48,295 bases of DNA from Halomonas sp. (GCF_031581305.1 NZ_JAVLBC010000002.1:1-48295), one strand, 5' to 3'. Positions 21,377 to 31,928 are shown, counted from the first letter of the stretch. Notes: generated by a model not told the origin, from the letters alone. Made by a program: numbers and translations.

Positions 21377-23512
21377 TCAGTTGCCGAGGCGGGTGATGCG
21401 GCCTACATGGGCGAGGTTGCGCAGGCGCTTGATGATGCGCGCCAGGTGCACGCGGTTGCGTACCGCGAGGGTGAGATTGACGATCGACAGCCGCGCGTCG
21501 CGCTCCTCGATGCCGATGCGCTCGATGTTGGCGCCGGCGTCGGTGACCAGGGCGGCTAGCTCCGCCACCAGGCCGCGGCGGCTCTCCATTTCCAGGCGCA
21601 GGGCGGCGGGGAAATCCTCGGCGATGTCGTTGGACCACTCCAGGGCAAATAGCTTGTCCGGGTCGTTCTTGAGCTCGGCGAGATTACGGCACTCGGCGCG
21701 GTGGACCACGATGCCCTTGCCTGCCGACAGATGGCCGATCACCGGGTCGCCGGGCAGCGGGCGGCAGCAGCGGGCGAACTTGATCACCATGCCCTCGGCG
21801 CCTCTGATCATGATCGGACCCTGGGCACGCGCCGGTTGCTCCGCAGGCTCGCCCGTATCGCCCTGCTGCAGGTCGACCAGGCGGCGAGCTACCACATGGG
21901 CGACTCGATTGCCCAGCCCGATGGATTCCAGCAGGCTCTCCTCGCCCTTCAGCGAATGCTCCTTGAGCAGGCTGTCGAGAAGGCCCTCGGGCAACTCCTC
22001 CAGGCTGGTCTCGAACGGCGCCAGGGCCTTGTTGAGCAGGCGCCGGCCCAGCTGCACCGCTTCGGCCTGTTGCTGGTGCTTCAGTGCGTGGCGGATTGCC
22101 GAGCGGGCCTTGGCAGTGACCACGAAGTTGAGCCAGGCCAGGTTGGGGCGTGCCCCCGGGGCAGTGATGATCTCCAGGGTCTGGCCGCTCTCCAGGCGTG
22201 TGGAGAGCGGGGCCAGATGGCGGTCGATACGACAGGCGATGCAGCTGTTGCCGATATCGGTGTGCACGCTGTAGGCAAAGTCGATCACCGTGGCGCCCTG
22301 GGGCAACTCCATGATGTCGCCCTTGGGCGTGAAGACGTAGATGTCGTCGGGGAAGAGGTCGTTCTTGACATGCTCGATGAACTCCAGCGAATCCCCGGCA
22401 TGGCGCTGCATCTCCAGCAGGCCCTTGACCCAGGCTCGGGCGCGGGCATGGCTGCCCTGGGCGATGGGATGCTCGGTCTGGCCAGCCTTGTAGAGCCAGT
22501 GGGCCGCGATGCCATTGTTGGCCAGAGCTTCCATCTCGCGGGTGCGGATCTGCACCTCGATGGGCATGCCGCCACGGCCGAAGAGGGTGGTGTGCAGGCT
22601 CTGATAGCCATTGGCCTTGGGGATGGCGATGTAGTCCTTGAAGCGTCCCGGCACTGGCTTGTAGAGGTTGTGCACCACGCCGAGGATCCGGTAGCAGCTG
22701 TCGACGTCCTTGGTGATGATGCGAAAGCCAAACACGTCCATGATCTCGGCGAAGGACTTCCGCTGGTCGCGCATCTTGCGGTAGATCGACAGCAGGTGCT
22801 TCTGGCGGCCGATCACCGTGCCTGGCAGCCCCTCGTCATCGAGGCTCTGCTGCAGGCTGGTCTGGAGCTGGCGTATCGTCGAGCGGCGATGGCCCCTGGC
22901 ACTGGAGACGGCACGCTTGATGCGCTCGGCGCGCATCGGATAGAGGGCCTGGAAGGAGAGATCCTCGAGCTCGACCCGGATGGTGTTGATGCCCAGTCGG
23001 CTGGCGATGCGGGCGTAGATCTCCAGGGTCTCCCGTGCGATGCGGCGCTTCTTCTCGGGGCGCAGGGCACCCAGGGTGCGCATGTTGTGCAGGCGGTCGG
23101 CGAGCTTGACAATGATCACCCGAATATCCCGGGACATTGCCAGCACCATCTTCTGGAAGTTCTCGGCCTGGGCGACCGCCTTGTCCTCGAAGGTGATCTG
23201 GGTCAGCTTGGAGACGCCGTCGACCAGCTCGGCGACGGGCTTGCCGAACTGCTCGCCCAGGGCCTTCTTCGAGACACCGGTATCCTCGATGACGTCGTGC
23301 AACATGGCGGCCATCAGGCTCTGATGGTCCATGTGCATGTTGGCCAGGATGTTGGCTACCGCCAGCGGATGGGTGACGTAGGGCTCGCCGGAACGCCGGC
23401 GCTGGCCGTCGTGAGCCTGCTCGGCATAGTAGAAGGCGCGCCTGACCTGACGGATCTCGTCATGGGGAAGGTAGCCGCCGAGTCGGTCGGCCAGGTCATC
23501 GATGGTGAACAT
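21377..23512 (-). CDS. spoT: Bifunctional (p)ppGpp synthetase/hydrolase
   Basis: Intact HD motif (LHDVIED), SGEPYVTHP, KDYIAIPKANGYQSLHT, EVQIRT, TGS and ACT domains; follows rpoZ. Confidence 0.96.
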   Translation of the reverse strand: MFTIDDLADRLGGYLPHDEIRQVRRAFYYAEQAHDGQRRRSGEPYVTHPLAVANILANMHMDHQSLMAAMLHDVIEDTGVSKKALGEQFGKPVAELVDGVSKLTQITFEDKAVAQAENFQKMVLAMSRDIRVIIVKLADRLHNMRTLGALRPEKKRRIARETLEIYARIASRLGINTIRVELEDLSFQALYPMRAERIKRAVSSARGHRRSTIRQLQTSLQQSLDDEGLPGTVIGRQKHLLSIYRKMRDQRKSFAEIMDVFGFRIITKDVDSCYRILGVVHNLYKPVPGRFKDYIAIPKANGYQSLHTTLFGRGGMPIEVQIRTREMEALANNGIAAHWLYKAGQTEHPIAQGSHARARAWVKGLLEMQRHAGDSLEFIEHVKNDLFPDDIYVFTPKGDIMELPQGATVIDFAYSVHTDIGNSCIACRIDRHLAPLSTRLESGQTLEIITAPGARPNLAWLNFVVTAKARSAIRHALKHQQQAEAVQLGRRLLNKALAPFETSLEELPEGLLDSLLKEHSLKGEESLLESIGLGNRVAHVVARRLVDLQQGDTGEPAEQPARAQGPIMIRGAEGMVIKFARCCRPLPGDPVIGHLSAGKGIVVHRAECRNLAELKNDPDKLFALEWSNDIAEDFPAALRLEMESRRGLVAELAALVTDAGANIERIGIEERDARLSIVNLTLAVRNRVHLARIIKRLRNLAHVGRITRLGN

Positions 23513-23578
23513 GCGGCGCGCCCTGACTGCTGCGTGATGGCCCTGAGGGAAAGCGCTCCTGCGCCGGGAAGGGCAGGA

Positions 23579-23842
23579 TCACTCTTCGACGTGGGTGCCT
23601 GGCTCGAACTCGGGCCGCATGCGTACCGGCGCCGCCTCGATGGGTTCGTCGAGCACGCTGACGTCGACCAGGCCGTCGGCGATCTCACGCAGCGCCATGA
23701 CGGTGGGCTTGTCATTCTCCCAGGGCAAGAGGGCGTCGCGGGAGCCGCGGGCCAGCTGGCGGGCTCGGTGAGTGGAAATCATCACCAGCTTGAAGCGGTT
23801 TTCGACGTTTTCCAGACAATCTTCGACGGTGACACGTGCCAT
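23579..23842 (-). CDS. rpoZ: RNA polymerase omega subunit
   Basis: [31 protein letters not shown]. Confidence 0.97.
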   Translation of the reverse strand: MARVTVEDCLENVENRFKLVMISTHRARQLARGSRDALLPWENDKPTVMALREIADGLVDVSVLDEPIEAAPVRMRPEFEPGTHVEE

Positions 23843-24018
23843 GGATGCCTTCCTGAATAATGCTGACGGGTAAAACCCCGGTCGGCGTGGAACGCCCCGG
23901 GAATTCTACCGATGGATAGATCGAATAGCCTACTCGACGCCCGGTTCCCCTGACAAGCGTCGCGTCGGGGTCGAGACAAGCCCCGAGGCCGGCGTCACGA
24001 GAAACGCCGCTGCTGACG

Positions 24019-24633
24019 TTACGATAAGAGTGCAGCGAGCAGCGGGGCGTGGTGCTCGCTCACCCGCTCGCGGGTCAGACGGCGAGCGATGACCAGCGAC
24101 TGCAGCTCGCGCAGGGCGGTGGTGAAGTCGTCGTTGACCACCAGGTAGTCGTACTCGTCGTGGTGGGACATCTCCTCCACCGCATCGCGCATGCGCCGGG
24201 CGATCACCGCGTGCTCGTCGGTGCCGCGGCTGGCCAGCCGCCGCTCCAGCTCCTCCCGGGAGGGGGGCAGGATGAATACCGAGACCGCTTCGGGCAACTG
24301 CTGGCGAACCTGGCGGGCACCCTGCCAGTCGATCTCCAGGATCACGTCCTGGCCGGCGGCAAGCATCGACTCCACGGTTCGCCTCGAGGTGCCGTAGTAG
24401 TTGTCGAAGACTCGGGCATACTCGAAGAAGTCGCCATGCTCGATCATCGCCTCGAAGGCCGGCACGTCCACGAAGTGGTAGTTGACGCCGTCCACCTCGC
24501 CTTCGCGGCGCTCGCGAGTGGTGTGGGAGACCGAGACCTGGATGCCGTCGAGGCTTTCGATCAACTCGCGCACCAGGCTAGTCTTGCCGGCGCCGGAGGG
24601 AGCGGAAACGATGAACAGCGTACCTTGGGCCAT
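24019..24633 (-). CDS. gmk: Guanylate kinase
   Basis: SAPSGAGKTS, SVSHTTR..GEVDGVNYHF, NYYGT and LEIDWQGA. Confidence 0.97.
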   Translation of the reverse strand: MAQGTLFIVSAPSGAGKTSLVRELIESLDGIQVSVSHTTRERREGEVDGVNYHFVDVPAFEAMIEHGDFFEYARVFDNYYGTSRRTVESMLAAGQDVILEIDWQGARQVRQQLPEAVSVFILPPSREELERRLASRGTDEHAVIARRMRDAVEEMSHHDEYDYLVVNDDFTTALRELQSLVIARRLTRERVSEHHAPLLAALLS

Positions 24634-24725
24634 GAGCAGGGGTCCCTGACGTTGACAGCGAAGAGTGAGCGACTGCGTAAAAGACGGAGTATCGCACAGA
24701 ATGGCGCCAGGCCTGTAGCCGCGGC

Positions 24726-25589
24726 CTACTCGATGTTCTGGATCTGCTCTCGCATCTGCTCGATCAGCACCTTGAGCTCCACAGCGCAGCGGGTGGTGGC
24801 GGCAACCACCGATTTGGACGACAGGGTATTGGCCTCGCGGTTGAGCTCCTGCATCAGGAAATCCAGGCGACGCCCCACCGGGCCCTGCTGGTCGAGCTGG
24901 CGTTCCACCTCAGCGACATGGGTGGCCAGGCGGTCGAGCTCCTCGTCGACGTCAGCCTTCTGGGCGAGCAGCACCAGCTCGGCCTCGAGTCGCTGAGGGT
25001 CCAGCTCGGCGCGAATCGTCTCCAGCCGCTCCAGCAGCTGAGCCCGCTGGCGTTCGAGAATCCGTGGCAACAGCCGACGCACCTCGGCCACCTGGGCATT
25101 CACTGCGGCGAGTCGTTCGCGGATCAGCGCGGCGAGCTTCTCGCCTTCACGGGCGCGACCGGCGACCAGGTCGTCGAGGGCGGCCTGGAACAGTGCCAGC
25201 GCTTCCTGCTTGACGGTCTCCAGGTCGGGACGGCGACTCTCCAGCACCCCGGGGTGGCCGAGCAGGCTCAGGGCATCGGGCATGGGGGCCCCGGGGACGC
25301 TTTCGCTGACCTCCTCCAGGGCCGTGGCCAGCGCCGCCAGGCGTCGGCGGTCGACGGCCGGTACGGCCTCGTCGCCGGCGGGCTCGAAGCGCAGGGTGCA
25401 TTCGACCTTGCCACGGGCCAGGCGCGCACGCAGCGCCTCGCGAAACAGTGGCTCCAGGTCGCGTAGCGACTCCGGCAAGCGAAAGTGGGGTTCCAGGTAG
25501 CGCTGGTTCACCGAGCGCAGCTCGAGCTGCAGGGCGCCGGCCACGGTGTCGCGATCCTGGCGTGAAAAGGCGGTCATGCTGTGGGCCAT
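24726..25589 (-). CDS. yicC: YicC/YloC family endoribonuclease
   Basis: SMTAF, ELRSVNQRYL, RGKVEC, DEELDRL and GRRLDFLMQELNREANTLSSK; GGAGG RBS before ATG 25589. Confidence 0.92.
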   Translation of the reverse strand: MAHSMTAFSRQDRDTVAGALQLELRSVNQRYLEPHFRLPESLRDLEPLFREALRARLARGKVECTLRFEPAGDEAVPAVDRRRLAALATALEEVSESVPGAPMPDALSLLGHPGVLESRRPDLETVKQEALALFQAALDDLVAGRAREGEKLAALIRERLAAVNAQVAEVRRLLPRILERQRAQLLERLETIRAELDPQRLEAELVLLAQKADVDEELDRLATHVAEVERQLDQQGPVGRRLDFLMQELNREANTLSSKSVVAATTRCAVELKVLIEQMREQIQNIE

Positions 25590-25717
25590 GGTGCCTCCCG
25601 ATGCGCCGTGATCTCTCTGGGTCGGGCAGTGTAACCGATTGCCCGGCGATAGCGTGTAGAATGGCTGCCATTCCATAGCGTGACTCCCCGTCATCACCCC
25701 GATTCAAGAGAGGTACC

Positions 25718-26455
25718 ATGTCTTCGGAGATCCGGCGTCCCAGCGGACGCGCCCCCGACCAGTCCCGCGAGATTCGTCTAACCCGCGACTATACCCGCCA
25801 TGCCGAGGGCTCGGTGCTGGTGGAGTTCGGCGACACCAAGGTGCTGTGCAACGCCAGCGTCGAGGTCGGCGTGCCGCGCTGGCTGCGCGGCAAGAAGCAG
25901 GGGTGGGTGACGGCTGAATACGGCATGCTGCCCCGGGCCACCCACACCCGCGGTAGCCGCGAGGCGACCCGCGGCAAGCAGGGCGGGCGTACTCTGGAGA
26001 TCCAGCGGTTGATCGGTCGCTCGCTGCGGGCGGCCGTGAACCTCAAGAAGCTTGGCGAGTTCACCATTACCGTGGATTGCGACGTCATCCAGGCTGACGG
26101 CGGCACCCGTACCGCGTCCATCACCGGCGGCTGTGTGGCGCTGATCGATGCCATCCGCCACCTGCAGCGTGAGAAGCTGATCAAGGGCGACCCCTTCCAC
26201 CAGCTGGTGAGCTCGGTTTCGGTGGGGCTGTTCAAGGGGCTGCCGGTGGTTGACCTGGACTACCCCGAGGACTCGAGCGCCGATACCGACATGAACGTGG
26301 TGATGGCCGAGAGTGGCGGGCTGATCGAAGTGCAGGGGACCGCCGAGGCCGGTACCTTCAGCCGCACACAGCTCGATGCCATGCTCGACCTGGCCGAGAA
26401 GGCCGGCAATGAGCTGTTCGACCACCAGCGCGAGTCGTTGGGCATGCCTCGCTGA
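25718..26455 (+). CDS. rph: Ribonuclease PH
   Basis: [46 protein letters not shown] and EVQGTAE. Confidence 0.97.
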   Translation: MSSEIRRPSGRAPDQSREIRLTRDYTRHAEGSVLVEFGDTKVLCNASVEVGVPRWLRGKKQGWVTAEYGMLPRATHTRGSREATRGKQGGRTLEIQRLIGRSLRAAVNLKKLGEFTITVDCDVIQADGGTRTASITGGCVALIDAIRHLQREKLIKGDPFHQLVSSVSVGLFKGLPVVDLDYPEDSSADTDMNVVMAESGGLIEVQGTAEAGTFSRTQLDAMLDLAEKAGNELFDHQRESLGMPR

Positions 26456-26472
26456 TCCTATCCATTCCCCTT

Positions 26473-26511
26473 AACGCACAGTGCCGGCCACATAGGCCGG
26501 CACTGTGCGTT
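26473..26511. terminator. Bidirectional hairpin terminator between rph and the crc-like gene
   Basis: Perfect 17-bp stem AACGCACAGTGCCGGCC-acata-GGCCGGCACTGTGCGTT. Confidence 0.75.
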
Positions 26512-26545
26512 CCGGCGAACCGGAACGGCGACGAAGGGAGCGGGC

Positions 26546-27313
26546 TCAGAGCGTCAGGTCATACTCGACGATCAGCGGGGCGAACTCCGAGAAGGTGGCA
26601 TCGTAGTCGATCCAGGCGTCCACCACGTGGCGGCGGAACTCGGGACCGACGACCTGGTAGTCGATGCGCCAGCCTTCCTGGCGGGAGCGGGGCACCTCCT
26701 GGTCGAGCTTCGGCCACCAGGTGTACTCGCCCGCATCGCGATTGATTTCGCGGAAGGTGTCGATGAAGCCGGTGGGGCCGAACACCTGGTCCATCCAGGC
26801 ACGCTCCTCCGGCTTGAAGCCGGGCGTGGTCTGGTTGTCGGCCCAGTTCTCCAGGTCGATGGTCTTGTGGGCGATGTGCCAGGTGCCGCAGATGATGTAC
26901 TCCCGCCGCTTGCGGGCCATCTTCGACAGGTACTCCTGGTACTGGGCCATGAAGGCCTGCTTCGCGGCCACGTCGCTGCCGTCGGGCATCAGGAAGCTGG
27001 CGATGCTGAAGCGGTCGTAATCGGCCTGCAGGAAGCGTGCCTCATGGTCGCACTGGGGAAAGCCCAGTCCGTACATGATCGCCTTGGGGATCTTGCGGCA
27101 GTAGAGGCCGACCCCCGAGAAGCCGTCCTGTTCGGCATCGAGGAAGTAGCCCTCGTAGCCTTCCGGATAGAGGATGCTGTCGTCCAGCTCGAAGCTCTTG
27201 GCCTTGAGGTTCTGCACGCAGACGACATCGGCGTCCTGGCCGGCCAGCCAGTCGAGGAAACCTCGATCGACGGCCTCGCGGATGCCGTTGACATTGATGG
27301 TGGCGATTTTCAT
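26546..27313 (-). CDS. crc: Exonuclease III-fold protein without catalytic residues; probable catabolite repression control protein Crc
   Basis: NVNGIR and GWRIDY motifs present, but QE, GDxN and SDH read QN, GTWH and SEF; RKRREYI segment and the rph-X-pyrE position match Pseudomonas crc. Confidence 0.78.
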   Translation of the reverse strand: MKIATINVNGIREAVDRGFLDWLAGQDADVVCVQNLKAKSFELDDSILYPEGYEGYFLDAEQDGFSGVGLYCRKIPKAIMYGLGFPQCDHEARFLQADYDRFSIASFLMPDGSDVAAKQAFMAQYQEYLSKMARKRREYIICGTWHIAHKTIDLENWADNQTTPGFKPEERAWMDQVFGPTGFIDTFREINRDAGEYTWWPKLDQEVPRSRQEGWRIDYQVVGPEFRRHVVDAWIDYDATFSEFAPLIVEYDLTL

Positions 27314-27426
27314 ACATGGTCCCTTTTGCGTCGCGCGTGTATGATACCCGACGTTTCGACGTTTGGGTAAATGGCCCCGGGTCGATCGACATGATAATGG
27401 GCCCTTGACCGTGAGAGGAGGCGCCT

Positions 27427-28119
27427 GTGGCGGACCAGCCCGGCACGCAGCGCATGCAAGACTACCAGCGAGCGTTCATCGAGTTCGCCATTGATCAGGG
27501 CGTGTTGCGCTTCGGCGAATTCACGCTCAAGTCCGGCCGCGTCAGCCCCTATTTCTTCAACGCCGGCCTGTTCCGCACCGGCCGCGCCCTGGCCGAGCTG
27601 GGGCGCTTCTATGCTCGGGCCATCGCCGACAGCGACCTCGAGATCGACGTGCTCTTCGGCCCGGCCTACAAGGGCATCCCGCTGGCCGCCACCACCGCCG
27701 TGGCGCTGGCCGACCACCACAACCGCGACCTGCCCTACGCCTTCAACCGCAAGGAGGCCAAGGCCCACGGCGAGGGCGGCAACATCGTCGGCGCCGAGCT
27801 CGCCGGGCGCATCCTGATCATCGACGACGTGATCACCGCCGGCACCGCGATCCGCGAGGTGATGGGCCTGATCGACGACGCGGGCGCCAGGGCGGCGGGC
27901 GTGGTCATTGCCCTGGATCGCCAGGAGCGCGGCCGTGACGAGAACGACCCGCGCAGCGCCATCCAGGAGGTCGAGGCCACCTACGGCATGCCGGTGGTCA
28001 GCATCGTCACCCTGGACCTGGTGCTCGAGTACCTCGAACGGCACGCCGGCGAGGCGCTCAAGGGCCACGCCGAGGCGATCCGCGCCTACCGCGACCGCTA
28101 CGGCGTGCGCGTCGACTGA
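27427..28119 (+). CDS. pyrE: Orotate phosphoribosyltransferase
   Basis: [34 protein letters not shown] and PRPP motif [10 protein letters not shown]; GAGGAG RBS before the GTG. Confidence 0.97.
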   Translation: MADQPGTQRMQDYQRAFIEFAIDQGVLRFGEFTLKSGRVSPYFFNAGLFRTGRALAELGRFYARAIADSDLEIDVLFGPAYKGIPLAATTAVALADHHNRDLPYAFNRKEAKAHGEGGNIVGAELAGRILIIDDVITAGTAIREVMGLIDDAGARAAGVVIALDRQERGRDENDPRSAIQEVEATYGMPVVSIVTLDLVLEYLERHAGEALKGHAEAIRAYRDRYGVRVD

Positions 28120-28183
28120 GTCCGCTTCGGCGTGCGCGCCGATTGGGGCCTAGCGGCGCGATGCCCGCGCCAGGCGATTCTTT

Positions 28184-28207
28184 CTCGGGCCCCGTACGGG
28201 GCCCGAG
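28184..28207. repeat. Perfect 24-bp palindrome in the pyrE-trmL gap
   Basis: CTCGGGCCCCGTACGGGGCCCGAG equals its own reverse complement. Confidence 0.7.
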
Positions 28208-28240
28208 CGCGTTGTAAGCCCTTAATATCAGGAGCCGTTG

Positions 28241-28774
28241 ATGCTTGACGTGGTGCTCTACCAGCCCGAGATCCCGCCCAATACCGGCAACCTGATCCGG
28301 CTCTGCGCCAACACCGGCTTCCGGCTCCACCTGATCGAGCCGCTGGGCTTCACGCTGGACGACAAGCGCCTGCGCCGCGCCGGCCTCGACTACCACGAGT
28401 GGGCCCGGGTGCGGGTGCATGCCGACTGGGCCGCCTTCCTCGCCGCCGTGGCGCCCGAGCGGGTCTTCGCCGTCTCGACCCGCGGGCGGACCGGCTATCA
28501 TGAGCCGGCCTATCGCGAGGGGGATGCCCTGGTGTTCGGCCCCGAGACCCGTGGCCTGCCCCAGGCGTTGCTCGATGCCCTGCCCCCATCCCGACGCCTG
28601 CGCATTCCCATGCGCCCTGACAGCCGCAGCCTGAACCTCTCCAATGCCTGTGCGGTAGTGGTCTACGAGGCCTGGCGTCAGCTGGCGTTTGTGGGGGCCG
28701 GCCATCCGGGGGCCGGCCTCCCGAGTGCTGGCTCGCCCGAGGGCATCGACCCCGAGTCCGCGAGGAACCGCTGA
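28241..28774 (+). CDS. trmL: tRNA (cytidine/uridine-34-2'-O)-methyltransferase
   Basis: [27 protein letters not shown] and RSLNLSN SPOUT motifs. Confidence 0.94.
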   Translation: MLDVVLYQPEIPPNTGNLIRLCANTGFRLHLIEPLGFTLDDKRLRRAGLDYHEWARVRVHADWAAFLAAVAPERVFAVSTRGRTGYHEPAYREGDALVFGPETRGLPQALLDALPPSRRLRIPMRPDSRSLNLSNACAVVVYEAWRQLAFVGAGHPGAGLPSAGSPEGIDPESARNR

Positions 28775-30840
28775 TGTCACCGACCATCGCCAGCCGCCTT
28801 GCCGGCCTCAACCCCCGCCAGCAGGAGGCCGTGCGCTATATCGACGGCCCCTGCCTGGTGCTGGCCGGGGCGGGCTCGGGCAAGACCAGCGTGATCACCA
28901 CCAAGATTGCCTATCTGGTGCAGGAGTGCGGCATGAGCGCCCGGCGGATTGCCGCGGTGACCTTCACCAACAAAGCTGCCCGTGAGATGAAGGAGCGCGT
29001 GGGGAGCATGCTCAAGGGCAAGGAGGGACATGGGCTGACCGTCTCCACCTTCCACACCCTGGGGCTCAACATCATCCGCCGCGAGCTGAAGGTGCTGGGC
29101 TACCGGCCGGGTTTCTCGCTATTTGACCCGGAGGATGCCAAGGCGCTGCTGCGCGACCTGATGAACAAGGATGCCCAGGTCGACGCCGACCAGATCAACG
29201 CGGTGCAGCACCAGATCTCCCAGTGGAAGAACGACCTGGTGCTGCCCGGCCAGGCGCTCTCCCATGCCGCGGACGACGACGAGCAGTACGCCGCCCGGGT
29301 CTTTGAAGCCTATGTGCGCCATCTCAAGGCCTACAACGCCGTGGACTTCGACGACCTGATCCTGCTGCCGGTGGTGCTGCTGCGCGACAATCCCGAGGCG
29401 CTGGCCCGCTGGCGTCGCAAGATCCACTACATGCTGGTGGACGAGTACCAGGACACCAACATCAGCCAGTACCTGTTGGTTCGGCTGCTGATGGGCGAGC
29501 GGTCGACCTTCACCGTGGTGGGCGACGATGACCAGTCGATCTATGCCTGGCGCGGGGCACGCCCCGAGAACCTGGTCACCCTGGGCGAGGATTTCCCTCG
29601 CCTGAAGGTGATCAAGCTGGAGCAGAATTACCGCTCCACCGGCACCATACTGCGCGCCGCCAACACCCTGATCGCCAACAATCCCCACGTCTACGACAAG
29701 ACCCTGTGGTCGGAGATGGGCGAGGGCGCGGCGATCCGCGTGGTGGTCAACCGCCACGAGGAGGCCGAGGCCGAGCGGGTAGCCAGTGAGATCCTCACCC
29801 GGCGTATCAAGGAGCGGGCCGAGTGGCGCGACTTCGCGGTGCTCTACCGCGGCAACTTCCAGGCCCGGCTGCTGGAACTCAAGCTGCAGCACTACCAGAT
29901 TCCCTACAAGCTCTCGGGCGGGACCTCCTTCTTCTCGCGCAACGAGATCAAGGACGCCATGGCCTATCTGCGGCTGCTGATCAATCCGGCCGACGACAAC
30001 GCCTTCCTGCGTATCGTCAACGTGCCGCGTCGCGAGATCGGCCCCAGCACCCTGGAGAAGCTGGCCAACTATGCCAACGACCCGGCCACCGGGCGTGGCA
30101 TCTCGCTGTTCGCCGCCTGCCACGAGCTGGGCCTGGAGCAGCAGCTGTCGGTCAGAGCCGTCGAGAGGTTGGGGAGGTTTACCCACTTTATCGATGGCGT
30201 CCGTCGGCGCATGGACCAGGGTGATGCCATCGAGGCCATCCGCGGCATGCTGCACGAGATGGACTACGAGGCCTGGCTCTACCAGAACGCCAGCGCCCCG
30301 ACCATCGCCGAGCGCCGCATGGCCAACGTCTGGGTGCTGGTGGATCAGCTCGAGAAGTCCATGAATCGCGATCCCGAGGACACGGCCAGCGAGGAGACCG
30401 AGACCGATGACGTGGAGGCGGCGATCTCCCGACTCGTGCTGCGCGACATTCTCGAGCAGCAGGCCGAGGAGGACGACTCCGACCGAGTGCAGCTGCTGAC
30501 CATGCACGCCTCCAAGGGCCTGGAGTTCCCCCACGTCTACCTGATGGGCCTGGAAGAGGAGCTGCTGCCCCACCGCAATGCCATCGAGGTGGACACGGTG
30601 GAGGAGGAGCGTCGCCTGGCCTACGTGGGCATCACGCGAGCACGACGCACCCTGACCCTGACGCTGGCGCGTCAGCGCAAGACCTATGGCGAGCTGATGG
30701 ACTGCACACCCAGCCGTTTTCTCGACGAGCTGCCGGAGGGCGATCTCGAGTGGGAGGGCCGCGCCGACCGGGAGGACCCGGAGAAGAAGCAGGCCCGCGG
30801 GCAGGACGCCATCGCCGGGCTGCGCTCTTTACTGGGTTGA
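28774..30840 (+). CDS. rep: ATP-dependent DNA helicase Rep
   Basis: LNPRQ, AGAGSGKT, ITTKIAYL, STFHTLGL, DEYQDTN and HASKGLEFP; lacks the UvrD C-terminal domain; TGATG coupling to trmL. Confidence 0.93.
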   Translation: MSPTIASRLAGLNPRQQEAVRYIDGPCLVLAGAGSGKTSVITTKIAYLVQECGMSARRIAAVTFTNKAAREMKERVGSMLKGKEGHGLTVSTFHTLGLNIIRRELKVLGYRPGFSLFDPEDAKALLRDLMNKDAQVDADQINAVQHQISQWKNDLVLPGQALSHAADDDEQYAARVFEAYVRHLKAYNAVDFDDLILLPVVLLRDNPEALARWRRKIHYMLVDEYQDTNISQYLLVRLLMGERSTFTVVGDDDQSIYAWRGARPENLVTLGEDFPRLKVIKLEQNYRSTGTILRAANTLIANNPHVYDKTLWSEMGEGAAIRVVVNRHEEAEAERVASEILTRRIKERAEWRDFAVLYRGNFQARLLELKLQHYQIPYKLSGGTSFFSRNEIKDAMAYLRLLINPADDNAFLRIVNVPRREIGPSTLEKLANYANDPATGRGISLFAACHELGLEQQLSVRAVERLGRFTHFIDGVRRRMDQGDAIEAIRGMLHEMDYEAWLYQNASAPTIAERRMANVWVLVDQLEKSMNRDPEDTASEETETDDVEAAISRLVLRDILEQQAEEDDSDRVQLLTMHASKGLEFPHVYLMGLEEELLPHRNAIEVDTVEEERRLAYVGITRARRTLTLTLARQRKTYGELMDCTPSRFLDELPEGDLEWEGRADREDPEKKQARGQDAIAGLRSLLG

Positions 30841-30882
30841 GAGGGTGCTGCGCGATGGCGCGAGCAATATATCGAGCGACCC

Positions 30883-30920
30883 AACGCAAGCGGGGCGCCT
30901 CAGGGCGCCCCGCTTGCGTT
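30883..30920. terminator. Bidirectional hairpin terminator between rep and cytochrome c5
   Basis: Perfect 17-bp stem AACGCAAGCGGGGCGCC-tcag-GGCGCCCCGCTTGCGTT. Confidence 0.75.
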
Positions 30921-30935
30921 CACGTAGGCCGGAGC

Positions 30936-31775
30936 TTACTGCACCGGCTCGACCAGATAGTCGGTGGCGGCCTTCACCTCGTCATCGGAGAGACTCGGGT
31001 TGCCGCCCTTGGCGGGCATGGCGTTGAAGCCGTTGATGGAATGGTCATAGAGGATCTCGATGCCCTGCTCCAGGCGGGCGGACCACTGGTCGGTATTGCC
31101 GCGCACCGGGGCACCGGCGGCGCCGGTCTCGTGGCAGGCCATGCAGATCTGGTTGTAGATCGCCTCACCGTTGATGCCGGCATGGGCCGGTTCGTCGCCG
31201 GATGCATCGGCCTCGGCCGCCGCGGCCTCGCCATCAGTGGACGCGGTCGCCTGATCGTCGGGCGCCCCGCCTGCCTCGCTGGACGCCGCTTCCTCGGCCG
31301 GCGCGTCGTCACCACCCAGTTCCGGCACGTCCATGACCGGCTCGACCAGGTAGCCGACCGCAGCCTGGACTTCCTCGTCGGAGAGGCTCGGGTTGCCGCC
31401 CTTGGCGGGCATGGCGTTGAAGCCGTTGATGGCATGGCTCAGCAGGGTCTCGAAGCCCTTGCCGGTGCGCTCGCTCCAGGCGGCTTCGTCGCCGCGCACC
31501 GGTGCGCCGGCGGCGCCGGTCTCATGGCAAGCCATGCAGACATTGTTGTAGATGCCCTCGCCATCCACGCTGCCGCCACCATCGGAGGTGTCACCGCCGC
31601 CGCTGCTGGCTGCCATGACGGTGCCGCAGTCCTCGCCCTGCAGGCAGAGTTCCCCGACCGGCTTCAGGCGTTCCGCGATGGCCTCGCGCTCGGCGTCGTC
31701 CTGTGCCATAGCCACGCCTGCGGTCAGGCCCAGGGTGGCTGCTAGACACCCCATGATCAGCTTGCTGGATTTCAC
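30936..31775 (-). CDS. Di-haem cytochrome c5 family protein
   Basis: Signal peptide, ERLKPVG segment, two CMACH haem motifs each followed by GFNAMPAKGG, acidic Ala-rich linker; start among GTGs 31775-31784. Confidence 0.9.
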   Translation of the reverse strand: MKSSKLIMGCLAATLGLTAGVAMAQDDAEREAIAERLKPVGELCLQGEDCGTVMAASSGGGDTSDGGGSVDGEGIYNNVCMACHETGAAGAPVRGDEAAWSERTGKGFETLLSHAINGFNAMPAKGGNPSLSDEEVQAAVGYLVEPVMDVPELGGDDAPAEEAASSEAGGAPDDQATASTDGEAAAAEADASGDEPAHAGINGEAIYNQICMACHETGAAGAPVRGNTDQWSARLEQGIEILYDHSINGFNAMPAKGGNPSLSDDEVKAATDYLVEPVQ

Positions 31776-31928
31776 TCTCACCACCTCTCGACGGTCCTTG
31801 GAACGGAATCACGCTCGGCATCACGTCAGCCGGTGGACGCCATGGCGCGCATAAGTTGCCGCCAGTATACCGGCATCACTGACGCCAGGAAAATGCCTCG
31901 GCTCATACCATGGCCGGGGACGAGCGGA

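Noticed and set aside
26473-30920. Two 17-bp hairpins both starting AACGCA as a repeat family
   Set aside because: Stems differ beyond six bases and both sit between convergent genes, so ordinary bidirectional terminators suffice
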